Positions 18,264 through 26,182 of a DNA stretch of 64,000 nt are shown here, piece after piece (the stretch's first letter is position 1; each line of letters starts with the position of its first letter). Under the pieces are notes generated by a model. It saw only the letters and a list, made by a program, of their open reading frames with translations. It made no database searches and was not told where the DNA came from. A program made the position numbers and the translations under genes. The stretch spans positions 96,001 to 160,000 of IMG/VR virus record IMGVR_UViG_3300022752_005671; one strand, written 5' to 3'. Source of the stretch: a virus.

Positions 18264-18484
18264 ATATGCAAAGAGTAGATTTATATCAACCGATGATTCA
18301 TGCTAGAGTTGGAGCCCCTCCTCTTGTTATTAACGTAGGTGTTAATAGATCAGGAGCAGAAACTATGGGAGGTATGGTTGAGAATGTAGTAAGACCAGAA
18401 TCTTATGTTTTATTATCAGCACTGCCAGATGAGCTTAGAGAAAGAGTAAAGACGGCAATTCAAGCTATCATTTCATCCATGTGA
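18260..18484 (+). CDS. Small hypothetical protein
   Basis: AAGGA SD; start overlaps the upstream stop (ATGA-type coupling). Confidence 0.6.
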   Translation: MNMQRVDLYQPMIHARVGAPPLVINVGVNRSGAETMGGMVENVVRPESYVLLSALPDELRERVKTAIQAIISSM

Positions 18485-18491
18485 GATCACC

Positions 18492-19280
18492 ATGGTTCAA
18501 ATAATTCGATTAGGATCAACAGGACTAGATGTTGAAAAGTGGCAAATATTCTTAAGAGGATTGTCACAAAATAGTTCTATCATCGTAAATGGAAATTTTG
18601 ATTCATTTACTGAAAGAGAAACAAAGGCATTTCAATCTAAGAAAGGGTTAGTTCCTGATGGAATTGTTGGACCCAAAACGTTGGCAATTGCATTACAGTC
18701 AGGATATCCCTTAATGGATGATCCAACGTCAGACATTAATGGTCCAAATTGGCCGCCTCGTCCTGCGATCGGACCATTAAGCGTAGTTGATCGCGAAAAA
18801 CTTTTTGGAAGATTTACGTATATTTCATCGCCGACATTTGCAAATCCAGAAGCCATAACGATTACTGGCAGCTGGATTCAAAACAATATATCTTCAGTAA
18901 AAATTCCTGAGTTAAGCGGAGTTGCTGGTGCACCTTCTTCTTGTAACATTCAAATTCATTCATTTTTATCAAATCAAATGATGAATCTATTTAAAGCTTG
19001 GGATAAAGAAGGATTAAAATATTTGATGATGTCTTGGGGAGGATCTTGGAGCCCCCGTTTCATTAGAGGATCAAGAACAACATTATCAAACCATGCTTGG
19101 GCGACTGCGTTTGATATTAACGTTCAATGGAACCAGCTTGGTGCACAACCTGCATTACGAGGAGAAACTGGCTCAGTTAGAGAACTTGTAGAAATTGCAT
19201 ACGATCATGGGTTTTATTGGGGCGGTTGGTTTCCAAAAAGACCTGACGGAATGCATTTTGAAGCCTACAAAATCATTTAA
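18492..19280 (+). CDS. Modular endolysin: peptidoglycan-binding domain plus M15-family Zn peptidase
   Basis: N-terminal IRLGSTGLDVEKWQ...FQSKKGLVPDGIVGPKT (PG_binding_1); catalytic SNHAWATAFDIN (SxHxxxxAxD) and WGG.F...DGMHFE. Confidence 0.9.
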   Translation: MVQIIRLGSTGLDVEKWQIFLRGLSQNSSIIVNGNFDSFTERETKAFQSKKGLVPDGIVGPKTLAIALQSGYPLMDDPTSDINGPNWPPRPAIGPLSVVDREKLFGRFTYISSPTFANPEAITITGSWIQNNISSVKIPELSGVAGAPSSCNIQIHSFLSNQMMNLFKAWDKEGLKYLMMSWGGSWSPRFIRGSRTTLSNHAWATAFDINVQWNQLGAQPALRGETGSVRELVEIAYDHGFYWGGWFPKRPDGMHFEAYKII

Positions 19281-19296
19281 ATACATAGTTAATCTC

Positions 19297-19680
19297 GTGC
19301 CAGTCAGTAAAGATCTTTCTCGTACCAGGAAGGCTTATTCATATTTTAGGCCTCGACCAATTATTCGTGAAATTACTACAGAACAAGAAATGATTAACAT
19401 TAATAATGTAACTACGCAAATTAATTTACTAACGCAAACAGTTAGTGCGAATAACATTATATGGAATGAAATTCCTTCAGGAACTATTGATGGAATGAAT
19501 GCTTCATTTACTCTTGCATATACTCCTCATTCTGGTTCAAAGTTGCTTGTTTTCGTAAACGGAGTGTTACAAGAAATAAAAGATGAAAATTCAGATTTTA
19601 CCATTTCTGATAAAATAATAACATTTTCATCTGCTCCAAGAAGAGATTCTAAGATTTTGGTCACTTACGCAAAATCTTGA
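19297..19680 (+). CDS. Small virion structural protein with a fibre-associated beta-sandwich domain
   Basis: GTG 19297 (the longer ORF overlaps the endolysin); PSGTIDGMNASFTL...LVFVNGVLQ...DFTISDKIITFSSAP is a pattern typical of phage fibre/baseplate modules. Confidence 0.55.
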   Translation: MPVSKDLSRTRKAYSYFRPRPIIREITTEQEMININNVTTQINLLTQTVSANNIIWNEIPSGTIDGMNASFTLAYTPHSGSKLLVFVNGVLQEIKDENSDFTISDKIITFSSAPRRDSKILVTYAKS

Positions 19681-19686
19681 TTTATT

Positions 19687-20304
19687 TCAAGCTTTTGGCT
19701 TTCTTCCACGCTTCTTTTTTTCAGATTCTTCTGAAACTTTTTGTTTTTCTAAAGCTTTTTTTCTTCTCTCTGCAATGTCTAAAGCAGCTCGTCCAGCTCT
19801 CGTTGTGGGATCCTTGTCTGGTCTAACCCTTGTCGATCTCTCTTTAGTTACAGTTGCATCTTGCTGTTGTGTTTCTTCTTTTTTAGCTTCTTCTAAACGA
19901 GTTTTTATTGCAGAATCATGATTCGTTTTTGAAGCGACTAGTTTTTCTAAATCCTGCCGCAAAAAAACAATTTCTCCTTGCTTGGAATAAAAAAGCCTGT
20001 CTGATTCTAATGATTCATTTTTAGAAAAGTTAACCACATTATTCAACACTGTTTCTACAAAATCAGAGATGTCTTTTGAAAGTTTTTGCTGCGAAACTAA
20101 TTCTGCTAATTCTTTCTTTTTCTGTTTCACATGTTTGCCAATTTTTTCAGTCAATTCTTTAGATCCGACCGTATAACCTTCTAAACGTTTTAAGCTTTCT
20201 ACTAAAGAATTTAATTGAGTTTTTTTATCTATGATCAATTCTTCTAATAGTTTTGATCTAGAAGCTAATGTTTTAATTGTTGCGTTGTCTTTTTCTTGGC
20301 TCAT
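19687..20304 (-). CDS. Coiled-coil hypothetical protein with basic C-terminus (KKKRGRKPKA)
   Basis: 205-aa minus-strand ORF with no competing long + strand ORF. Confidence 0.7.
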   Translation of the reverse strand: MSQEKDNATIKTLASRSKLLEELIIDKKTQLNSLVESLKRLEGYTVGSKELTEKIGKHVKQKKKELAELVSQQKLSKDISDFVETVLNNVVNFSKNESLESDRLFYSKQGEIVFLRQDLEKLVASKTNHDSAIKTRLEEAKKEETQQQDATVTKERSTRVRPDKDPTTRAGRAALDIAERRKKALEKQKVSEESEKKKRGRKPKA

Positions 20305-20355
20305 AAATTAATTTTGAAAAATATACTGATAAAATATTGTATAATATTTTGTAGT

Positions 20356-20386
20356 AAAAATAAAAAGGCCCGGATTTCTCCGGGCC
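20356..20386 (-). terminator. Rho-independent terminator of the fibre-like gene
   Basis: Minus strand reads GGCCCGGA-GAAA-TCCGGGCC then TTTTTATTTTT. Confidence 0.9.
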
Positions 20387-20429
20387 CCCGCAATCAGTTA
20401 GTCTTGATTGCTATATCGTAGCCGTATTA

Positions 20430-22628
20430 TCAGCCGCGCACGATGACGGTGATGACGTCTTCAGCAACGAGTGCAGACACGATCGAAGAATCGAAAGTGA
20501 CTGATGTTGTTGAAATTGAGGTGAGGTCGCGGCTTGGAGCCATGAGAACACCGTTGAGGTAGACGTCAACCAACTTGTGGTTAGCTGAAGCAAGAGGTCC
20601 TTGGCCTACGAAGCTAAGGACGTTTCCTGCAAAGTCAGCTGCACCGTATGTTGACTTGGAGAGGTTTCCACCTTGGTTAGCTGCATCAAGATCGCTGCGA
20701 AGTTCATTGAGTGCGCCAACGATTGTTGTTGCATCGAATGCTGCATCGAATGTGGTGTATTCTGCTGCTGACATGAGACCCATGGAGTTACCATTTGCGG
20801 AGAAGGAGAGGTCATCAGCTGCTGAAATTGACATTTCTGCAACTGAAGAGAGTGATACTCCTGCTGGTGATGCAGAGAGGGAACCACTGAGGCTTCCTTC
20901 CATTCCACCTAACTTGACAGAGCTCATCCATGCTGGAACAAGTGCTGCACCATCGAGATCAGCTGGAGAATCTCCTGCTGGGTTGTGGGCAACTTGTGCG
21001 AAGATGAGTTCACCTGCGCCACCATCTTGTCCAACGATGAGGTCAGATCCAGCACCAGCTCCCTTGCTGAGGACGATACCGGAGTCAGAAGAACCGGCAG
21101 ATCCTGTTGCAAGGTAGATGAATGCATCCTTAACCTTCATGTTTTCAGTTTCAATGTAGGTGAATGCGCCCTTTACGAGGAGGTCGCCGTCAACTTGTGC
21201 ATTGCCTGAAACGCGAAGGCCGCCGTTGATGGAAAGATCAGATCCATCGAAGGTGAGCTTTTGTTCATCCTTCATTGAACCGTCTGAGTCAACGATGTAA
21301 AGACGTGTTGCTGTATCGCCATCAATGCTGATCTTGTTTGCTGTTAAGTCTGCATTGACATCGAGAGCTGCTCCGCTTACAGACACTCCGTTTTGGAATG
21401 TTGCTGCGCCTGCGACATCGAGGGTTGAGTCGAAATCGACAGCACCATCAACGTCGAGTGTTCCTGTTGTTGCAACGTTTCCGGAGCCATCTGCTACCGT
21501 GAATGCACCGTCAACATCAATTCCGCCATCGAGTGATGCGAGACCTGCGACGTCGAGTGTTCCTGTTGTTGCAACGTTTCCAGAGCCGTCTGCTACTGTG
21601 AATGCGCCATCAACATCGATTCCACCGTCAAGTGATGCAAGTCCTGCAACGTCAAGGGTTGATGCGAAGTCAGCTGCTCCATCAACGTCAAGGGTTCCTG
21701 ATGTTGCAACGTTTCCAGAGCCATCTGCTACTGTAAATGCACCGTCGACATCGATTCCGCCGTCAAGCGATGCAAGTCCTGCAACGTCAAGGGTTCCTGA
21801 TGTTGCAACGTTTCCAGAACCATCTGCTACAGTGAATGCACCGTCAACGTCGATTCCGCCGTCAAGTGATGCAAGTCCTGCAACGTCGAGGGTTGATGCG
21901 AAGTCAGCTGCTCCTGCGACAGAAAGAGATCCTGAGATTCCTGCTGCGTGTGCGAGGTAGAGAGAATCTGCATCAACAACTCCTGCAAATGAAGCATCGC
22001 CGAGAACTGCAAGATCTTCAGAAACCGTGAGGTCTCCTGTGATTGCTGCTCCGCCTACGATTGAAGCTCCACCTGCAGAAATTTCGAGACCAGCAGAACC
22101 GCTGATTGCTGAATCGAATGTTGCAATTCCGCCAACATCGAGTGCTCCTGCGATATCTGCAAATCCAGAAACGTCGAGGTTTCCAGTGATGTCAAGTTTA
22201 GATCCATCATAAACAAGGTTTGATGAATCAGCAATTTCACCGGATGCTCCAACGATGTAGAGGTTACCTGGGCTGTTGTCTCCATCAATCTTGATTTCGT
22301 TTGCGGAAACTCCGCCGTTGAAATCAGCAGCTCCTGCAACTTGGAGTGTGCTGTCGAGTGTAGCAGCTCCTGTCACATCAACTGTGCCTTGGAAATCTGC
22401 GTTTGCTCCTGACATATGAACAGCTGCGTAGATGTCTGAGAGGTCTTGTGAACCATCAAGAGCATCGTACCAGTTTGACTTACCAACGATCTTGTTGATT
22501 TGTGAGCGAAGTGCATCAAGGTCACCCTTTAATGTAGACTTGCTTGCAAGGCCAGAGCCTGCTGCAAGTGAATCGTCAAAAGAAAGTGAACCACTGATTT
22601 GTGATTGTTGTATCTTTGAAATAGCCAT
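20430..22628 (-). CDS. Repeat-rich fibre-like structural protein (beta-helical repeats)
   Basis: 732 aa, Gly/Ala/Asp/Ser-rich, with 6-residue-periodic repeats; C-terminal DVYLNGVLM...SVTF domain; strong codon bias like the capsid gene; AGGTGG SD. Confidence 0.7.
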   Translation of the reverse strand: MAISKIQQSQISGSLSFDDSLAAGSGLASKSTLKGDLDALRSQINKIVGKSNWYDALDGSQDLSDIYAAVHMSGANADFQGTVDVTGAATLDSTLQVAGAADFNGGVSANEIKIDGDNSPGNLYIVGASGEIADSSNLVYDGSKLDITGNLDVSGFADIAGALDVGGIATFDSAISGSAGLEISAGGASIVGGAAITGDLTVSEDLAVLGDASFAGVVDADSLYLAHAAGISGSLSVAGAADFASTLDVAGLASLDGGIDVDGAFTVADGSGNVATSGTLDVAGLASLDGGIDVDGAFTVADGSGNVATSGTLDVDGAADFASTLDVAGLASLDGGIDVDGAFTVADGSGNVATTGTLDVAGLASLDGGIDVDGAFTVADGSGNVATTGTLDVDGAVDFDSTLDVAGAATFQNGVSVSGAALDVNADLTANKISIDGDTATRLYIVDSDGSMKDEQKLTFDGSDLSINGGLRVSGNAQVDGDLLVKGAFTYIETENMKVKDAFIYLATGSAGSSDSGIVLSKGAGAGSDLIVGQDGGAGELIFAQVAHNPAGDSPADLDGAALVPAWMSSVKLGGMEGSLSGSLSASPAGVSLSSVAEMSISAADDLSFSANGNSMGLMSAAEYTTFDAAFDATTIVGALNELRSDLDAANQGGNLSKSTYGAADFAGNVLSFVGQGPLASANHKLVDVYLNGVLMAPSRDLTSISTTSVTFDSSIVSALVAEDVITVIVRG
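21415..21915 (-). repeat. Nested tandem repeats in the fibre gene: 33-aa unit A and 12-aa unit B arranged (A-A-B) x2
   Basis: A = TLDVAGLASLDGGIDVDGAFTVADGSGNVAT(S/T)G, four copies; B = TLDVDGA(A/V)DF(A/D)S. Boundaries are approximate. Confidence 0.9.
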
Positions 22629-22691
22629 TTTACCACCTAGATTGGTTGTTGTTTACGCAATGCCAGCACCACGCTGGATCTATGCGCAAAT

Positions 22692-22699
22692 ATAAATAT
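22692..22699 (-). promoter_or_regulatory. Putative late-promoter motif ATATTTAT for the fibre gene
   Basis: The minus strand reads ATATTTAT about 64 nt upstream of the start at 22628. Confidence 0.45.
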
Positions 22700-22738
22700 T
22701 CTGAAACGAATCGATCTACAATCGTGGCGATGAACTAT

Positions 22739-22756
22739 TTGTCATAATTTTGTCAT
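22739..22756 (+). promoter_or_regulatory. Direct repeat with 11-bp period resembling a Pho box (PhoB/OmpR-type site)
   Basis: TTGTCAT-AATT-TTGTCAT in the divergent intergenic region. Confidence 0.35.
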
Positions 22757-22876
22757 AACTTATTTTTTGTAGATTACAAGCTCAAGATGTTCATTACGTG
22801 ATAAAAATGTTTGAGATGTTTTGATTGACTACCATATTTTTATATGAACGTCTAGAGCGTTGAGGAACGAATTAAC

Positions 22877-24064
22877 ATGACGACATTTTCAGCAACAATA
22901 AATCCAACGCCGTTCGGCTTTTTTGATGCAGAAACTTCATTTCAAACAGAAGCAGATTCAATGGTCTTGTTCGTTAAGCGTAAGCTTGGCGATGATGTAC
23001 TTTCTGTTGAATTAACTAAAAAGGAAATTTGGGCATGTTTTGAAGAAGCATGTTGCGAATATTCACGTTTAATTCATGAAATGAAAATAACTTCTGATTT
23101 AACCAATGTCTTAGGAATGCCTACTGGTTCTACTGACTTGACAAATAGGTACGCAAAAAGAACTGTAGAGTATCTTTTAAGAATGGCAGAACCTTATGCG
23201 ACTGAAGCATACATAGGAGGATCTTATGATGCAACTTTAGGATATGTTGAATTAGTTTCTGGGCAGCAAGATTATAACATTTATAAAGATGTTAAAATTG
23301 CATCAGGTAGCCAAGCTGGTTCTGTATTATATGATACATTGGCAACGGGATCGAAAGGAAAATTAAAAGTTGTAGAAGTTTTTCATCTTGAACCATTGGC
23401 TGCTCAACAATTCTTATTAAATGCATCCAATGTAACTAACTTCCTTGCTACTAATTTTAACTATGAATCTTATGTAAACTCTACTGTTTTCTATGTTCTT
23501 CCAGTATTTGAGGATGTCTTAAGAAGAGGCATGTTAGAAACAGCATTTAGAGTTAGAAGGTCAAATTATTCTTATGAAATAATAGGAAGCAATTTAAGGA
23601 TTTATCCGACTCCTTCTACTGATCTACAAATGGGTAAACTTTTTATTAAATTGATGACGCCCCATAATCCGTTAAGCCCCACTGCATATGCGGATGATTC
23701 AATTTATGGAATATCTGGTCCAAGCAATGTTCCTTTTGGGAATATTCCATTCGTTACCATAAACCAACCAGGAAAACAATGGATCAGACAGTACACGTTG
23801 GCGTTGTGCAAAGAATTATTAGGATTGATTCGTTCTAAATTTTCTTCAATACCGATTCCTAATGCTGAATTGACATTAAACGGTGCTGAATTAGTTTCAC
23901 AAGGACGAGAAGATAAAGACAAGCTATCAACCCAAATGAAAGAATTTTTATCAAACTTAACCCACGCTAAGCTATTGGAACAAGATGCTTTGGCGGCAGA
24001 AAACATGCAAAAGCAGCTTAGATACATCCCAATGCCATTAGGAAAATCTATTCAAATTGGATAA
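22877..24064 (+). CDS. Neck protein (T4 gp13-like head-tail adaptor)
   Basis: FVKRKLG...VELTKKEIWACFEEA; C-terminal WIRQYTLALCKELLG.IRSKFS.IPIPN..LTLNG.EL. Confidence 0.85.
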   Translation: MTTFSATINPTPFGFFDAETSFQTEADSMVLFVKRKLGDDVLSVELTKKEIWACFEEACCEYSRLIHEMKITSDLTNVLGMPTGSTDLTNRYAKRTVEYLLRMAEPYATEAYIGGSYDATLGYVELVSGQQDYNIYKDVKIASGSQAGSVLYDTLATGSKGKLKVVEVFHLEPLAAQQFLLNASNVTNFLATNFNYESYVNSTVFYVLPVFEDVLRRGMLETAFRVRRSNYSYEIIGSNLRIYPTPSTDLQMGKLFIKLMTPHNPLSPTAYADDSIYGISGPSNVPFGNIPFVTINQPGKQWIRQYTLALCKELLGLIRSKFSSIPIPNAELTLNGAELVSQGREDKDKLSTQMKEFLSNLTHAKLLEQDALAAENMQKQLRYIPMPLGKSIQIG

Positions 24065-24110
24065 TGGGATTTAATCATTATTTACCTACTTAATTTTTAA
24101 GGACATTATA

Positions 24111-24782
24111 ATGGCACGTCTTTTTATCACTAAAAGAGAGATAAACTTTATATCTGACATCACAAAAGAGATAGTGAAAGATGTAGTCGGCCAAAAAATT
24201 TACTATTATCCTGTCTCAGAAACAAAAACTAAATCTCATGAAGTGTATGATGAAGCACTTCAAAAAGTGTTTGACAATCCTGTCATTGTTGATGTTTTAG
24301 TAAACAGCGAGTTTCAAACTGAGACAAAAATTAACAAATTTGGTATAGATTCTCAATTTACTTTAGAAGTATACATTCAACACAGAGATATGATAGAAAA
24401 AGGAATCAATCCAGCCATTGGAGATTATTTTTCATTCGGAGCGATTTTTTACGAAATTACAGAATATAAGTACATGAGAACGATCTATGGACAAGCTGAA
24501 AACATAGATGGAGTATCGTTGATCGGTACTAGAGTTCGTGAAAGTCAATTTAAGGCTCTCACGAATGGTCCTACAGATATCAAATACACAGATCAAGATG
24601 CGGTTCAAGAAACGTTCGTTCAACAAAGAGGGTATGCAACTGACTCTGACGGAAATGAGACCGGCGACGTAAGAGATCTTGTTAAGAATGGAGTTCTTGA
24701 TGAACCGTTGACTGGCCGTAAAGAAGTTTCGCCTAAAGGAGACTCGACGGGGGTTGGAAGTTCATTCTACGATGAGGATTGA
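24111..24782 (+). CDS. Neck/head-completion protein (T4 gp14-like)
   Basis: Position after the gp13-like gene; KFGID...LEVYI and P.IGDYF.F...FYEIT pattern. Confidence 0.7.
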   Translation: MARLFITKREINFISDITKEIVKDVVGQKIYYYPVSETKTKSHEVYDEALQKVFDNPVIVDVLVNSEFQTETKINKFGIDSQFTLEVYIQHRDMIEKGINPAIGDYFSFGAIFYEITEYKYMRTIYGQAENIDGVSLIGTRVRESQFKALTNGPTDIKYTDQDAVQETFVQQRGYATDSDGNETGDVRDLVKNGVLDEPLTGRKEVSPKGDSTGVGSSFYDED

Positions 24783-24784
24783 TT

Positions 24785-26116
24785 ATGCCTACTAGATTTA
24801 ATTCAAAAAGTCAAAAGAGGTTTGGAGTCGCAGGGATTAATTTAGATAATCACCAAGGCACTCCTGATCTAACAATACCATCAGTAGGTATAGAAGATGT
24901 TGACGTTTCATTATTTAAATTGTTTGATAATGAAATTAAATTGCAGGTAGGAGGAGATAATGGCGATTTTAAAAAGGTGCCAATCATCTTTGCAACAGGA
25001 GAAAAATGGGCGTTATTAAAGAAAAAGCGCGCATTAAGAGATAAAAATAATTCTTTAATCCTTCCTTTATTGACAATTTCAAGAACTTCAATTTCTCAAG
25101 ATTTATCCTCGGACATTGCTGGCAGAGGAATTAATCAACAAACTGGAGAAATAGTGATACGCAGAAGGTTAGACAAATCTGATCGTGGATATCAAAATTT
25201 AATCAATAGATTTCTTTTAAAAAATCAAAAAAATGTTGCAACCAATCCCGATTTAGATCATGTTGAAGGTCAACTATTGACAGATAGAAAAATAGGAGAA
25301 GATTCTACAGATCCAGTCATCGAAAGCGGAGCATGGCTAGCAGATATAAAAAAGAATAATATTTACGAAACCATTGTCGTCCCTTCTCCTCAATTCTATA
25401 ATGTCACATATGACGTTACGATGTGGACTCAATATACGCAACACATGAATCAATTGTTAGAACAATTGGTTTCCTCATTTTTACCTCAAGCAAATTCATG
25501 GAAGTTAGAAACTCCTAAGGGGTACTGGTTTATAGCAACAGTAAGCAATAATTCCTACGATCCAGAAAATAATTTAGATGAATTAGGACAAGAAGAAAGA
25601 GTCATTAAGTATAAATTTACTGTTAATGTAAAAGCTTACATTTTTGCATCCAAATTCCCAGGAAATGGAGTCCCAATAAAACGTTTTGTGTCATCTCCAA
25701 CCATCAAGTTTGATGTAGAACCATCAGGAGGTTCGGGGTTCTCATCTGCTGAAAGCCAAAATCCATTTTTAGGATCTGACGATCCAACGCTACCATTAAG
25801 CGATTCTAAAAATAAACATCTTGGCCAGAGATTAACAGGAGGAACAAGATTATACGATCCTTCCGCGACGGACTCAGAAGATCCAGCCTTGAGGTCAAGA
25901 GCTGCAAAACAATATAATCCCGTTTATAAAAAAATTATTTCTAGTGATCTTTCTGGTAAAGAAACCGTTTCGTATGTAAGAGCATACCCTGTGAATCAAG
26001 CATCAGGAGAGTCTGTGATTAAAATAACCCCTCAGCCAGCTTCTAATCAAGCACCACTTACTGCAGAATCTTTGTTAGGCGGAATAACGTACCATATTAT
26101 TCAAGATGATGAATAA
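24785..26116 (+). CDS. Tail terminator/sheath stabiliser (T4 gp15-like)
   Basis: KVPIIFA.GEKW, LPLLTISR, P.FYNVTYDVTMWTQ..QHMNQLLEQL; lies directly before the sheath genes. Confidence 0.75.
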   Translation: MPTRFNSKSQKRFGVAGINLDNHQGTPDLTIPSVGIEDVDVSLFKLFDNEIKLQVGGDNGDFKKVPIIFATGEKWALLKKKRALRDKNNSLILPLLTISRTSISQDLSSDIAGRGINQQTGEIVIRRRLDKSDRGYQNLINRFLLKNQKNVATNPDLDHVEGQLLTDRKIGEDSTDPVIESGAWLADIKKNNIYETIVVPSPQFYNVTYDVTMWTQYTQHMNQLLEQLVSSFLPQANSWKLETPKGYWFIATVSNNSYDPENNLDELGQEERVIKYKFTVNVKAYIFASKFPGNGVPIKRFVSSPTIKFDVEPSGGSGFSSAESQNPFLGSDDPTLPLSDSKNKHLGQRLTGGTRLYDPSATDSEDPALRSRAAKQYNPVYKKIISSDLSGKETVSYVRAYPVNQASGESVIKITPQPASNQAPLTAESLLGGITYHIIQDDE

Positions 26117-26138
26117 AAGTATTTTTGATTTTTTTCGA

Positions 26139-26146
26139 ATACTTAT
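26139..26146 (+). promoter_or_regulatory. Putative late-promoter motif ATACTTAT (sheath 1)
   Basis: 36 nt upstream of ATG 26183. Confidence 0.5.
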
Positions 26147-26182
26147 AAGAGAAGTTTATTCATCATATGAAGGAGCAGGATA

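Noticed and set aside
20280-20365. Promoter for the minus-strand 19687-20304 gene
   Set aside because: The region is AT-rich with several partial hexamers but no convincing -35/-10 spacing.
20575-21960. Long + strand ORFs (20575-21117, 21325-21960) with repeats
   Set aside because: They are antisense shadows of the codon-biased, repetitive fibre gene and have no SD or independent features.
19687-22628. Minus-strand two-gene block as an invertible host-range cassette
   Set aside because: I saw no flanking inverted repeats and no invertase in the window; each gene has its own expression signals.
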